Source: Candidatus Micrarchaeia archaeon
GTDB lineage: Archaea; Micrarchaeota; Micrarchaeia; CAILAH01
Direction of reading: 5' to 3'
DNA: 64,000 nt
Assembly (NCBI GenBank): GCA_038874595.1
Contig: JAVZCB010000001.1
Location: 59,609 to 123,608 of the forward strand
Shown here: positions 19,987 to 30,833 of the stretch, in pieces
How positions within the stretch are numbered: position 1 is the first letter of the stretch
How the letters are laid out: every line of letters starts with the position of its first letter
Notes under the pieces: generated by a model
The model's input: the letters and a program-made list of their open reading frames with translations, nothing else
What the model was told of the DNA's origin: nothing
The model's database searches: none
Translations under genes and position numbers: made by a program

Positions 19987-20628
19987 CTATCCAAACAGGA
20001 ATATGGGCCCAAGATATATCAGGAGTGCTACTGCAAATGCCACTGCCCATATTATCCAGTTCCACCATAGTACTTTACTACCATCAAGCGGAAATATAGG
20101 TATCAGGTTGAACAATGCAAGTATACCGTTGATGCTATAGCCGATAAGTGCAATCTCGCTCAGGATTGATTTAGGGCCAAACGTTGCCACAAGGATTGGG
20201 AGCATTGCAATGAATGCAAGCGCAAGCACCATATTAGTAACCGGTCCTGCAAGTGATATCAGGCCGTTCTGTTTTCGTGTAATGTGCGGTGCGTATATGT
20301 ACACAGCACCGGGTGCCGCCAGCACAAACCCGAACACAGAAAACACAAGCGCCATCAGTAGCCCAAGCGGCCAAATCCTGAACGCCGCATAAGCACCGTA
20401 ATGCTGTGCAACAATCTTGTGCGCCATCTCGTGCAGTATGAACGCTGACCCCACAGTTATTATCATTATGCCCATCTGTTTTGCAAGGCCTACAACCGAG
20501 AACTTTGCAAGATTGGAAATACCGGTGAATGCAATCACAAGCGCTATTGATATTGCTATTGTTGCAATTGCAATATCATTGATTTCAACCCAATCAATTG
20601 AAAACTTCTTCATTGTTACACACTTCAA
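19987..20628 (-). CDS. Site-2 protease (M50)
   Basis: HEMAH, AGP, FNLIPIFPLDG. Confidence 0.92.
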   Translation of the reverse strand: MKCVTMKKFSIDWVEINDIAIATIAISIALVIAFTGISNLAKFSVVGLAKQMGIMIITVGSAFILHEMAHKIVAQHYGAYAAFRIWPLGLLMALVFSVFGFVLAAPGAVYIYAPHITRKQNGLISLAGPVTNMVLALAFIAMLPILVATFGPKSILSEIALIGYSINGILALFNLIPIFPLDGSKVLWWNWIIWAVAFAVALLIYLGPIFLFG

Positions 20629-20634
20629 GTTATT

Positions 20635-21036
20635 TTAGCGTATTTCAATTACCTGCTCTTCATCGTTTACCTTAACCTTGGCACGTGAGAACGTCCCAGC
20701 ATATGATGCAATCTTACACTTGATTTCCCTGTTGTTTTCAGCGAGCACCCTGATTTCCTGGCCGAGCCGCCCGTCCTCAAGCGCCTCACCGCGCAGCCAA
20801 CCACTCATCGTATCGCTTACTATTGTGACCGCATCGCCTTTCTTTACACCACGCGCGTGCGGGTACCAAAACGGTGATAGCAAAGTTATCCCGAGTGCAA
20901 GCGCGAGCATCTTCAGCAAAAGCATCAGGTCCGCCTCAGGCCACAGCGCAAACACTACCAGCGCAACCGAAAAAGAAACAAGAAATGTCCCAATGATCAC
21001 CCTAATGTTAAAGTTCATCTCTTTATCACCATGCAT
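20635..21036 (-). CDS. Hypothetical membrane protein (2 TM plus small beta domain)
   Basis: Two hydrophobic helices, then GEALEDGRLGQEIRV; in operon with cdc48. Confidence 0.65.
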   Translation of the reverse strand: MHGDKEMNFNIRVIIGTFLVSFSVALVVFALWPEADLMLLLKMLALALGITLLSPFWYPHARGVKKGDAVTIVSDTMSGWLRGEALEDGRLGQEIRVLAENNREIKCKIASYAGTFSRAKVKVNDEEQVIEIR

Positions 21037-21051
21037 CCAATCCGTATGCCA

Positions 21052-23205
21052 TTATCTGTATATCACATTCTCCATCTCTTTGAACTTCTGTATCCTGCCC
21101 AGGTCGGTCTTTGTGGTTGATGGCTTGACATTCTGCAGTGCTTTCTGGAAATCCTCCATCTTAATCTTATCATCAACCCTGCCTTCCCTAATGAGAATCA
21201 TCCCAGCTTCCCTACATACACCTTCAATGTCCGCACCCGAGTACCCATCAGTCATCGCAGCGAGCTCTTTAAGATTGACGTTCTTGGCAAGCGGCATGTT
21301 GCGTGTGTGCACCTTAAATATAGCTTCCCTGGTATTTTCATCTGGCATGTCTATATTCACAACATAATCAAACCTGCCTGCACGGACAAGTGCCGGGTCT
21401 AGGATATCTGGCCTGTTAGTGGCCGCTAAAACCACCAGGCCTTTGGTATTGGTTATACCGTCCATCTCAGTAAGCAGCGTGTTTACTATCCTTTCAGTGA
21501 CTTTTGTCCCTTCATCCTGGCCTCCTCGTACTGGGGCAATCGCATCTATCTCATCAATGAACACTATGCACGGCGATGCGAGCTTTGCCTTCCTGAATAT
21601 CTCACGCACAATCTTCTCACTCTCACCAACCCATTTGCTAAGCACTTCCGGGCCCTTGATTGAGATAAAGTTTGCCTTGCTCTCTGTAGCAACAGCTTTT
21701 GCGAGCAGTGTCTTACCGGTCCCGGGTGGGCCTACTAGCAGTATGCCTTTTGTTGGGCGTATGCCAATCTTCTCGAAGTATTCAGGGTGGTTGAGAGGCA
21801 GCTCAACACCTTCTTTGAGTATTTTCTTGGCGTTCTCAAGCCCACCAATATCCTCCCATCGCACATTTGGCACTTCGGTGAACACTTCCCTCAGTGCAGA
21901 CGGCTGGATCTCCTTCATCGCCTCCAGAAAGTCATCTTGTGTGACCTCTATCTTATCAAGCACATCTGAAGGTATCGTACCCTCTAAATCAAGCTCTGGC
22001 AGTATCCTCCTGAGCGCGCGCATCGCAGCCTCCTTGCTCAGTGATGCGATATCGGCACCCGTATACCCGTATGTGATATCTGCAAGTTTTTTCAGGTCCA
22101 CGTTTTTTGCGAGTGGCATATGCCTGGCGTGAATCTCAAGTATCTCTTCACGCGCGTTCCTGTCAGGGACACCAATCTCAATCTCCCTGTCAAACCTGCC
22201 AGGCCGTCTCAACGCCTGGTCTATTGAGTTAGGCCTATTGGTTGCACCTATCACAATAACCTGGCCCCTGCTTGCGAGCCCGTCCATTAATGTCAGCAGC
22301 TGGCTTACCATTCTCCTCTCAACCTCGCCAGTTGCCTCCTCCCGCTTGGGCGCGATTGCATCCAGCTCATCCATAAATATAATGCTCGGCGCATTCTCTT
22401 CTGCTTCCTTGAACAGTTTTCTCAATCTTTCTTCACTCTCACCCACATATTTACTGACCAGCTCAGGACCGCCAACGTAGTAGAAGTTGGCCTCGCTCTC
22501 TGACGCGACCGCTTTTGCGAGCAGTGTCTTACCGGTCCCTGGCGGGCCGTACATAAGCACACCTTTCGGCGGGTCAATCCCAAGCCGCTGGAACAGCTCA
22601 GGATGCCTGAGCGGAAGCTCAACCATCTCCCTGATTTTCTGGATTTCTTCTTTCAGCCCGCCAATATCTTCATAAGATATTGTGGGTATCCTGCCCATAT
22701 CCTTTGTTGGCTCATTCTTAAGCGACAGGTCTGTATCATTCCCAATCAACACAATCCCTGTCGGGAAAGTCTGAGTAACCACAAGCGGGTATGGTGTGCC
22801 GAACACTGCAATGTATATCACATCACCGCGTGTAAGCGCCCTGCCGACCAGCCGCCTTTGCAGTATCTTGTCAAACCCGGTTGGGAATTGCATCGGCTGT
22901 TTAGGGGTCAGCGTAATCTTCTTCGCCTCTTTCACATCCGCTTTTTTCACAACTATCTTATCGCCTATGGCAACACCAGCGTTCTGCCTGAGGTACCCAT
23001 CCATCCTTATTACACCGTACCCCTCATCACGTGGGTGCGCCTGCCATACAATTGCTGCAGTGCTGCGTTTTCCCTTTAGTTCAACAACATCACCGGTTGT
23101 AACATCCAGCTCCTTCCTTGCAGCACTATCAATCCTCACAATGCCCCTGCCCACATCGTGTTGTAAAGCTTCTGCAACCTTGAGTTCCAGTTCTTTCACA
23201 GTCAC
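21052..23205 (-). CDS. cdc48: CDC48/VCP AAA+ ATPase
   Basis: N-domain plus two [11 protein letters not shown] modules with Walker B and RPGRFD/RAGRFD; GTG start at 23205 after SD. Confidence 0.96.
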   Translation of the reverse strand: MTVKELELKVAEALQHDVGRGIVRIDSAARKELDVTTGDVVELKGKRSTAAIVWQAHPRDEGYGVIRMDGYLRQNAGVAIGDKIVVKKADVKEAKKITLTPKQPMQFPTGFDKILQRRLVGRALTRGDVIYIAVFGTPYPLVVTQTFPTGIVLIGNDTDLSLKNEPTKDMGRIPTISYEDIGGLKEEIQKIREMVELPLRHPELFQRLGIDPPKGVLMYGPPGTGKTLLAKAVASESEANFYYVGGPELVSKYVGESEERLRKLFKEAEENAPSIIFMDELDAIAPKREEATGEVERRMVSQLLTLMDGLASRGQVIVIGATNRPNSIDQALRRPGRFDREIEIGVPDRNAREEILEIHARHMPLAKNVDLKKLADITYGYTGADIASLSKEAAMRALRRILPELDLEGTIPSDVLDKIEVTQDDFLEAMKEIQPSALREVFTEVPNVRWEDIGGLENAKKILKEGVELPLNHPEYFEKIGIRPTKGILLVGPPGTGKTLLAKAVATESKANFISIKGPEVLSKWVGESEKIVREIFRKAKLASPCIVFIDEIDAIAPVRGGQDEGTKVTERIVNTLLTEMDGITNTKGLVVLAATNRPDILDPALVRAGRFDYVVNIDMPDENTREAIFKVHTRNMPLAKNVNLKELAAMTDGYSGADIEGVCREAGMILIREGRVDDKIKMEDFQKALQNVKPSTTKTDLGRIQKFKEMENVIYR

Positions 23206-23350
23206 AAAATACACCTTCCACAATAAGCGCTTTTGCCGCGTTAGGATATAAAGCAAATAATAATTATAAAATATGCCTTTATGAATTTCCGTTAGTGCCA
23301 AATCGCAAGGTTTTTTAATGTAAGTATTGCCCTAATAGGTAGGTGTTTGC

Positions 23351-24244
23351 ATGCCAAAAGGAAAATGTGATGATATAGCTGTTTATGAAGAGCTTCGTGC
23401 CTCAATGGCACCGGAAGACCTCGTGCTTTATGATACGGTTGCATTGGGCGTGTTTACAGAGGCATACCGCGCACTCAAGAAAGCACTTCACGAAGAAAGC
23501 ATGAATGTTACAGCAGAGAATGCGGAAGAGTTTGCTGAGAAAGCACTGTATATACAGGAAGCACTCAAAGAGTATGAGCGCCTGCTGTTTTCGCTTGATT
23601 CAAGCATCAAGCCGAATGTATCAAAGTTTGTTGAGCTTGAAAACGACGATGTGCTGGATAATGCGTTCTCAAATTTCCTGAAGATGCATCTCACGTTTAC
23701 GCATAAGGAGCTGATGGATTACTTTGAGGAGAGGTATTCAGAGAAGACGCTGCTTAAGTACGTTGGCAATGTCCCAATATACAAGAAGAGGATGCTCTTT
23801 GAGAAGAAGGATATTGAATCCAGGCTTGAAGGGCTCATAAGCGACGGCATAATCCTTGAGAGCCATGGCAGGGATGCAAAAGCAAAGAAAGGCACAAAGG
23901 ACAAATTTATCTCAATGCCCGCTGTGTATGCAATATTCACTGGCCCGTGGAACCCTCTCATTGTTTATCCAGAGGTAGAGTATGTCGCAACCGAATCCGC
24001 ACGTGTGCTCCGCGAGCTCATGATAATGGAAGAGGCCGAGACGAGCCAGGCAGGGAAGATGCTCAAGCTGCTGTTCAAGAACGGTTCGGCTGAAGGGTTT
24101 ATACAGAACCTTGCAGGGCTTCTCGTAATGTATTACGAGCAGATGAATGAGCCAAAGCCAGAGTTCATATTTGAGACCGCGGACGGCCCGACGATTGCAA
24201 TCTCTTTCCAAGAGGGCGCGTTTTACGAAGCTGTGACAGTATAA
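23351..24244 (+). CDS. Hypothetical protein
   Basis: 297-aa ORF with AGGTG SD and host-like codon usage. Confidence 0.7.
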   Translation: MPKGKCDDIAVYEELRASMAPEDLVLYDTVALGVFTEAYRALKKALHEESMNVTAENAEEFAEKALYIQEALKEYERLLFSLDSSIKPNVSKFVELENDDVLDNAFSNFLKMHLTFTHKELMDYFEERYSEKTLLKYVGNVPIYKKRMLFEKKDIESRLEGLISDGIILESHGRDAKAKKGTKDKFISMPAVYAIFTGPWNPLIVYPEVEYVATESARVLRELMIMEEAETSQAGKMLKLLFKNGSAEGFIQNLAGLLVMYYEQMNEPKPEFIFETADGPTIAISFQEGAFYEAVTV

Positions 24245-24292
24245 GTGTTTCATTATTTTTTGCTTAAATTTTTTGCTGCCTAATTATACATC

Positions 24293-24556
24293 ATGCCAAA
24301 GCCAGTTGATTATGAATCTGCAATAAATAGGTGCCTTGACGAGTTTAATGCCAATGCAGATGGTGTGGCAGTAAGACTCATCTCAGTTAATAATAGTGAT
24401 TTTGATGTTGAAGTTATAAGCCAGGATTTAGATGCAGTTGTTTTCAGCTCTGCGGATGACCTCGCAGCCAAATTCAGGAAGATAGGCCTGCGCGGTGATA
24501 TGACCTGGTTTACAAAAACCGACCTTGATAAGATGCTTATCAGGTTTAAGCTGTGA
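24293..24556 (+). CDS. Hypothetical protein
   Basis: 87-aa ORF filling the intergenic gap after a TATA-like element. Confidence 0.6.
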   Translation: MPKPVDYESAINRCLDEFNANADGVAVRLISVNNSDFDVEVISQDLDAVVFSSADDLAAKFRKIGLRGDMTWFTKTDLDKMLIRFKL

Positions 24557-24583
24557 TTGCTCTACACTAAACAACCTAACATA

Positions 24584-25615
24584 TCAGATAAGCTCTGCCC
24601 TTTTCTTTCCTATAACATACATATTTTCATATCGTATTCCTTTCTTGCCGTACTGCCCTGGCTCAATAGTAATCACAGCATTCTCTTTTAATGTGTCTTT
24701 TGATTTTGCGTGGAAGTATGGGAACTCGTGCACTTCAAGCCCAATCCCGTGGCCGATACCGTGCGGAAATTCGTTAAGACCGTTCCTCTTAATTATTACG
24801 TTCACTTCATCCACAAAATCGCATATTTTTTTGCCAGCGTATGCAATATCAGCAACTTCGAGGGAGGTGTGCTTTAATTTCTCATATACCCCCCTCATAT
24901 CACCCAACTCGCCAATGCATCGTGTAACATCTGAGTTGTAATTTTTGTACTGCACTCCCATATCCACCAATACGTAATCCTCAATCCTCTCATCCCCGGC
25001 AGCAGTGTAATGCGGGTACCGTGCATTTTTCGAATTTGCAACTATTGTATCAAACGCTTCCCTACATCCCTGTTTTGCAATCTCTACAAGAATATCTCTC
25101 TTTAGCTCACTTTCACTTTTTTCCGTTATGTTCTTCATCGCTCTCATCCTGTTTATTATCCCAATTGCTTTTTTGTTTGCAATTCTCATTAGCTCAATCT
25201 CGTTTTTCTCCTTAACTTCCCGTACGTAAAGAAGCTCTTTTGAAACCGGCTTCATCTCTCTTGAGTGGATTTTTCTGTAAACCGCGTAGGGTATTGCGCT
25301 CACATCAAGAGCACATTTTGCCTTGCCACAAGCCTTATGTAATGCCTCTTTTGCAGTATTGTTTTTATCGCAAATAACAACATCCGCAACATTCCCGTAG
25401 CAATCCTTTACAAGTGACTCGTTTAACCTGTTTGAGATTAGTGTAATTCTGCCATCCTTGTGAAGCACCAGTATCGAATGGTCCAAATCCATCCCGGCAA
25501 AATAATAGAAGTTCGGTGAGTATGCACCCCACCGCGGTATCACAACAGTTGAACCCAGCGCGTCCACAGCCCGTGCTACTCTTTTTTTAATACGCTTAAA
25601 ATCAATCGATTTCAT
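24584..25615 (-). CDS. Xaa-Pro aminopeptidase (M24)
   Basis: DMG...SDVTR, HGIGHGIGLEVHE, TIEPGQY, GIRYE. Confidence 0.93.
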   Translation of the reverse strand: MKSIDFKRIKKRVARAVDALGSTVVIPRWGAYSPNFYYFAGMDLDHSILVLHKDGRITLISNRLNESLVKDCYGNVADVVICDKNNTAKEALHKACGKAKCALDVSAIPYAVYRKIHSREMKPVSKELLYVREVKEKNEIELMRIANKKAIGIINRMRAMKNITEKSESELKRDILVEIAKQGCREAFDTIVANSKNARYPHYTAAGDERIEDYVLVDMGVQYKNYNSDVTRCIGELGDMRGVYEKLKHTSLEVADIAYAGKKICDFVDEVNVIIKRNGLNEFPHGIGHGIGLEVHEFPYFHAKSKDTLKENAVITIEPGQYGKKGIRYENMYVIGKKRAELI

Positions 25616-28600
25616 TTCTCAATTACCTTTGTTTCTTCTGTTGCCATCATCGGCTTGTTGAGCTGTAAGCTTACAACTTGCGATACGCCATGCACTTTGC
25701 TGACGCCCATCACGGCGTCCGCAGCGGATAAAGTTACATCGTTGTGAGACACCACAATAAACTGCGTCTTTTGTGAAAGCTTTTTCACAAGGTCAGATAC
25801 AAGCTTGCTCCTTATCTTGTCAAGTGCAGACTCAATCTCATCCAGGATGTAAAATGCGGATGGATGGTACATATGTATGGCAAACACAAGAAGTATGGCT
25901 ATTACCGACTTTTCACCGCCAGACAGGCCCTCAAGCCGTTCCTGCCGCCCATCCTCGCGTATAATCTTTACATCAAGCCCGCCTTCAAACGGGTCTTTCT
26001 GGTCCTGCAATGCAAGAGATGCCTTGCCGGAAGCAAACGTCTGCGAGAATAACATCTGGAAGTTTTGGTTAACCCTCTCAAACGCTTCCATAAACACAGT
26101 TATCTTGCGCTTGTCAACCTCATTAATCATCTGTATTACTGCATCCCTCTCCTTCTCTAACAAAGTTAGCTTTTCATTCATCTCATCGGCTTCTTTCTTG
26201 CGCTCATCATACATTGCAGGCGCGTTGAGGTTCACATTTACAATAGCAGCAAGCGCCGCCTCCTTCTCTTTAAGCTCACCCTTCATCCTGTTCAGGTTGC
26301 CTTCTATGAGCTCAAACTCCTCATTGGTGGCCTCCGCTTTCAGGTCTACGAGCCGCTGCTCAAGCACGGCTTTTCGCATCTCCGTCTTTGCAATCTCCTG
26401 CAGCATTTTCTCCTTTTCACTGAAAATGCCACCCTTCTCCTCTGCAAGCAAATCTGCCTCCTTTTGGATAGCATCGCGCTTCTGTACCAGCTCCTTTATA
26501 TCCTCGCTTGCCTTCTCCATCTGCCGTTTTTTCTTTTCCATTTCCTTTTCAATATTGGCAATCTTTTCCTCAAGTGCTGTTATATCGGAATCGTTGCCCG
26601 TTATTAGCTCTTCAACTTCACCGGCCTGTGCGTTTATATCTTCAATGTTCTTCTTCAGCATTGCAACTTCGGTGGAGCTGCCTTTGAACTCTGCTTCGAG
26701 CATTGCAATCTCATCCTGCAGGACGCTTATCTTCTCTTCGTTACCCTCCTCTTTTTTGTAAAGCACCGAATCAATCTCGCTTTTCCTCTGGCGCATCGCA
26801 GCCAGCCGCTCCTTTGCGCGCGCGACCTGCCCCATCATTTTTTCAATCTCAGCAGCGTTCTCCCTCTTTGCACGCTCAAGCTGGGCAATCTCTTCCTTTA
26901 ACAGCTTAATCTTTGCCCTGCATTCCTCTGCCTCACTGGCATTCTTAGTAAGTGCCTGCGCATCCACCTGTAATGATTTGATAAGGACCTCAATCTCAGC
27001 CCTCTCCCTCCTAATACGTGATGACTCATCCCTTAGTTGGAATAATGAGCTCACAAGCCCTTCCTTCTCCTCCTGCAGCTTTGCAATCCTCTCTTCAAGC
27101 TCGGCCGCTTTCTTTCTCTCTGCAAGCTTCATCCCTGAAACGAAATAACCACCTGTGACTGCGCTTGATTTCTCAATCACGTCACCAGCAAGTGTCACGA
27201 GCCTGGCCTTTCCAATCAGCCCGACATCCTTAGCGCTCTCTATATCACTAACTAGCACTGTATCCCCAAATACGTATGTCATTGGCCCTGCAAACTTTGG
27301 GTCATACTCAATGAAATCAATGAGCCTCCCAAGAACACCAGGATAATTAAGCTGGGACTTTTGCAATTCAACATTCATCTTAAGCGGGAGGAACGTTGCC
27401 CGCCCCGTCTTGCGCGCGCGCAGGTGCTCAATGACTTCTTTGCTCGTCTCAACATCCTCAACCACGATATAATTCAGCCTGCCGCCAGCGGATGCCTCAA
27501 TCGCAACAGCGTATTTTGAGTCAAAGTTGCAGAGCTCCTGCACTGTCCCATAAATCCCTTTCACAGCACCTTTTTCCTGAAGGTCCTTGATGAAGCTGAT
27601 GACATTTTCGGTATGTGACATCCCGCTTATTGCCCTGTACCGCGAGTATTCCTCCTTGAGCTTGAGCAGTGTCTTGTCAGCCTCAGCACTCTGCTCGTTT
27701 ATCTTGCGCTCCTTTACAAAAAGGTCTTCAACCTCCTTTTTCTTTTTCTCAAGCTCCTTCTCGGCTTCGCGTATCCTACGCTCGATCTCTCGCAGCTCCG
27801 CAGAGACCCCCTTCTCAGCAATCTGGGTAAGCTTTTCAATCTCTTCACTTTTCGATGCAAGCTTAATCTCAGCCTGTAAAGCAGCCCCTTCGTATCCCCT
27901 GAGCATTTCCTCTTTTGAATATATGTCATCCTCAAGCGCCTTTATCTCCTCACCGAGTTTCTGTGATTCATTAACAAGCGTTGAATCGCGCTTCTTCGCC
28001 ATATCCGCCTTCCTTTTCAGCTCAGCAAGCTCGTTTTTAGCAATTAGGAGGCGCTGCTCCTTCTCGGAGAGTGCCGTGCCGAAGGATGCAATTCGTGATT
28101 CAAGCTCGGATTTCTTCCTGTGCAGCTCTTCAAGCCTTTTGGCAAGCTCACTCTTCTTTGCGAGCAAGTTTTCCTTCTTTTCTGTGGAAACCGCAAGCTC
28201 AGTCCTGAGCGCCTCATACTCCCGGAATGCCTTGTTATCAGTGCTGCACCTGTTAATCTCCTCTGACAGTTCCTTGATTGCCTGTGATTTCTCGCGGATT
28301 TTTTCATCTATGAGAGCAATCCTACTGTCAATCTCACCTGCTTTTGCCTTCTTGATTGCATATTCCTTTGTAACTTCCTCATATTCCTCTTCAATCCTTC
28401 GAATCTCCCAGTAGATAACGCTATTCTTCAGATTTGTTACCTCTCTCTTCAGTGCAATATACTTTAATGCAACCTCCCTGTCTTTCTCAAGCTCTTTCAA
28501 ATACCCTTCTTTTTCCTTTAGAACAAGCCGTGTCTCATTAATCCTCTGCTGGACAGTTTCCAGCTCTTTCATCGCCTCGTTTTTCTTTGCATCAAACTCT

Positions 28601-29070
28601 GCAACACCTGCTATGTCATCTATTATCTTCCTCTTCTCGATTGCATTCATTTCAATTAGTTTCTGGACCTCCCCCTGGCCGATTACGTTATGTGCACCAT
28701 TTTCTATGTTGTATTTCTTTAACAGCTCAACCACAGCACCCCTCGTTGCATTTTTTCCGTTTAGCTTGTACCCGCTCTTACCGTCCCGTGTAATTCTTCT
28801 TGCAACTGTAATCTCACCATCTGGTGTGGTAATCTCAAGGCTTACCTCTGCGTGCTCTGCGTTATGGTTTATAAGGTCCTTGATGCTTTTAGCGCGCAGT
28901 GCAGAGAATTTCATCTCACCTATGGCAAACCTGATTGCATCGCACACGTTGCTTTTTCCGCTTCCGTTAGGGCCCATAAACGCCTGAAACCCATTAATCA
29001 GGTTAATATCAACCTTCTTGAAGGATTTGAAATTCCTACATCTCAGCTTGCTTATAAAAGCCCCGCTCAC
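25612..29070 (-). CDS. smc: Chromosome segregation protein SMC
   Basis: FKSF, GPNGSGKSN, hinge GRATFLPL, LSGGE, LDEIESALD; long coiled coils; GTG start at 29070. Confidence 0.96.
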   Translation of the reverse strand: MSGAFISKLRCRNFKSFKKVDINLINGFQAFMGPNGSGKSNVCDAIRFAIGEMKFSALRAKSIKDLINHNAEHAEVSLEITTPDGEITVARRITRDGKSGYKLNGKNATRGAVVELLKKYNIENGAHNVIGQGEVQKLIEMNAIEKRKIIDDIAGVAEFDAKKNEAMKELETVQQRINETRLVLKEKEGYLKELEKDREVALKYIALKREVTNLKNSVIYWEIRRIEEEYEEVTKEYAIKKAKAGEIDSRIALIDEKIREKSQAIKELSEEINRCSTDNKAFREYEALRTELAVSTEKKENLLAKKSELAKRLEELHRKKSELESRIASFGTALSEKEQRLLIAKNELAELKRKADMAKKRDSTLVNESQKLGEEIKALEDDIYSKEEMLRGYEGAALQAEIKLASKSEEIEKLTQIAEKGVSAELREIERRIREAEKELEKKKKEVEDLFVKERKINEQSAEADKTLLKLKEEYSRYRAISGMSHTENVISFIKDLQEKGAVKGIYGTVQELCNFDSKYAVAIEASAGGRLNYIVVEDVETSKEVIEHLRARKTGRATFLPLKMNVELQKSQLNYPGVLGRLIDFIEYDPKFAGPMTYVFGDTVLVSDIESAKDVGLIGKARLVTLAGDVIEKSSAVTGGYFVSGMKLAERKKAAELEERIAKLQEEKEGLVSSLFQLRDESSRIRRERAEIEVLIKSLQVDAQALTKNASEAEECRAKIKLLKEEIAQLERAKRENAAEIEKMMGQVARAKERLAAMRQRKSEIDSVLYKKEEGNEEKISVLQDEIAMLEAEFKGSSTEVAMLKKNIEDINAQAGEVEELITGNDSDITALEEKIANIEKEMEKKKRQMEKASEDIKELVQKRDAIQKEADLLAEEKGGIFSEKEKMLQEIAKTEMRKAVLEQRLVDLKAEATNEEFELIEGNLNRMKGELKEKEAALAAIVNVNLNAPAMYDERKKEADEMNEKLTLLEKERDAVIQMINEVDKRKITVFMEAFERVNQNFQMLFSQTFASGKASLALQDQKDPFEGGLDVKIIREDGRQERLEGLSGGEKSVIAILLVFAIHMYHPSAFYILDEIESALDKIRSKLVSDLVKKLSQKTQFIVVSHNDVTLSAADAVMGVSKVHGVSQVVSLQLNKPMMATEETKVIEK

Positions 29071-29123
29071 GTTAGAGTTTAAGGTAATAATAGTTATAAA
29101 TATCGCATCTAAATGCAAATGCC

Positions 29124-29411
29124 TTATACCTCAAATACCTCATCAGCTTCAACTCTGAGCCATTGCCCCCCTATATTTATGTAGAGCGCATCTGTTGGTG
29201 AATCGTACACCACCATATCCGGCCTAGCATCCTCCAATGGGAGGTCAATGGCAATCCTGATACGCGCGGCCATCCATGAGAACCTGTCCCTGAACGGGTT
29301 AAGCTCAATGATGGGTGAAGTCTTTTTCTCGCTTTTTTCCTTTTTGCACCACTCTATAACCTCTCGTATCTCTGCACGCGGTGCCATACCATCACCTATA
29401 ACAAATGCCAT
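29124..29411 (-). CDS. Hypothetical protein
   Basis: Co-oriented upstream of smc; probable start ATG 29387 after AGGTGA. Confidence 0.6.
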   Translation of the reverse strand: MAFVIGDGMAPRAEIREVIEWCKKEKSEKKTSPIIELNPFRDRFSWMAARIRIAIDLPLEDARPDMVVYDSPTDALYINIGGQWLRVEADEVFEV

Positions 29412-30133
29412 TTCAGCATCCCATAAACAGCACGCTGCATTTCAATAGGGCTGTTAAACCCAAGTTCTTTGCACGATTGGAGCATAAGAGGATGTGGTGC
29501 AAAATGCGAAACGGTTATTGAATAATTTTCGAACCTGGATAGCACCTGCGTGCTGCCCGCAGTACGCATTTTCCCACCATAGATGGCACTTGCACCAACT
29601 GACACTGTAGGTACGATTGCATTATCATTATGATGGTGCTGGAATGAGAATTCTATATCGTGCCCTTCAATCTTCCTGTCTTTTATGTTCATCCCATCAA
29701 CGTGCCCTTTAAATGATATCGTAAATATAGAATTCGCCTCAGAAACCTTGAGTTCTCCTTTACCGAGTTTTATGAGAAAGTAGTGGTCAAGCTTTTCTGG
29801 TTCTGATGGCTTCTTGGTTGCGGCTTTGCAAAGCAGTATAACTGTGCTGTTTTTCAGCCCGAGTGCGCGCGTTGACCCTGCAGACCAGTCAAGCCGCATC
29901 TCCTGCGAATCAATCCGTATCCCTTGGTAGTACCTTGTAGGCTTTGGCAGTGCAACACGCGGCTCCAGGTAGATGAGCGGCTCAATGAATGGGAAATCAA
30001 CCTGTGAAAAAAGAAGGCGCGGCTCTGTCTCACCGTTACTAATGTTCATAAGGCGTTGGACATCCTCAAGCATATATTTGCCTATTGCGCTTGAATATCC
30101 AGGACTGCTAATCTTATTGCAGACATCGCACAT
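29396..30133 (-). CDS. Hypothetical protein (N-terminal CxxC)
   Basis: 245-aa ORF; TTTAAA box about 25 nt upstream. Confidence 0.65.
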   Translation of the reverse strand: MCDVCNKISSPGYSSAIGKYMLEDVQRLMNISNGETEPRLLFSQVDFPFIEPLIYLEPRVALPKPTRYYQGIRIDSQEMRLDWSAGSTRALGLKNSTVILLCKAATKKPSEPEKLDHYFLIKLGKGELKVSEANSIFTISFKGHVDGMNIKDRKIEGHDIEFSFQHHHNDNAIVPTVSVGASAIYGGKMRTAGSTQVLSRFENYSITVSHFAPHPLMLQSCKELGFNSPIEMQRAVYGMLKWHLL

Positions 30134-30177
30134 AACAGGACCAATGCATAAATAAGGGGTTTAAAGCTTAAAAAGTA

Positions 30178-30286
30178 GGGAGCGGCACGCCCGCGTGTGT
30201 GTGGGGGTGTTGTGTGGGCATGCCGTGTAGCCTCCGAGTTTCACGCCACCGTGGAGGTGTTGTGAATATGATATGTGCACTCCTTC
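30178..30286 (-). ncRNA. Candidate structured 3'-UTR RNA with C/A-rich anti-SD-like motifs
   Basis: Hairpins CCTCC/GGAGG and CGGCATGCCC/GGGCGTGCCG; ACAACACC(T/C)CCAC twice; T-run follows. Confidence 0.35.
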
Positions 30287-30736
30287 TTATTTCACGAAGT
30301 AGTACACCTTCCTGCCCGCCTGTCTTTTATCCAGGTATCCGAGCGAGAACAGCCTGTGCAGGCGTGAGCTTGCACCGTTTGTCCCTTTGTAATTGAAGTG
30401 CTTTTGCACTTCTTCAGCAGTAACCATTCTCATTTTCTTTACATATGCAAGCAATTCTGAATCAACTTCCCCTAGCAGGCATTTCTCCTTTTTCCTGCTT
30501 TTTTCAAGCTCTTTCTCAAGGCTCTCAACCTGCATCTCAAGCTTCTCTATCTTGCTTATTGCGGTTGCGATGAGGCTGTTAGTCCTCTCGCGCTCCTCCT
30601 TTAGTGAATATACGAGCTGTGCAAGAAACACCGGGTCGGAGATCTTGCTTGAAGCCATCATTTCCTCAGGGCTTGCGTTCGCTACCGCGGCTTCAAACTT
30701 ATAATCTTTTGTTGCTAATTCTTTCTGTTCAGTCAT
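30287..30736 (-). CDS. Coiled-coil plus winged-HTH DNA-binding protein
   Basis: Heptad region, then VTAEEVQKHF...ASSRLHRLFSLGYLDKRQAGRKVYY wHTH. Confidence 0.8.
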   Translation of the reverse strand: MTEQKELATKDYKFEAAVANASPEEMMASSKISDPVFLAQLVYSLKEERERTNSLIATAISKIEKLEMQVESLEKELEKSRKKEKCLLGEVDSELLAYVKKMRMVTAEEVQKHFNYKGTNGASSRLHRLFSLGYLDKRQAGRKVYYFVK

Positions 30737-30750
30737 TGCCCCCGACCCAC

Positions 30751-30800
30751 TCAGGACACCATCATGAATCTGTCATGATGATGTCATGATGGTATCATTA
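30751..30800. repeat. Five TCA(T/G)(G/T)A units at exact 11-bp period
   Basis: TCAGGA 30751, TCATGA 30762/30773/30784, TCATTA 30795. Confidence 0.8.
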
Positions 30801-30833
30801 CAACGCAAATGCTTATAAATCTATTGTGATATC

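Noticed and set aside
25877-28414. Long plus-strand ORFs opposite smc (similar ones opposite cdc48, hppA, mgtA, arsP)
   Set aside because: Ser/Phe/Leu-rich antisense shadows of well-supported genes.
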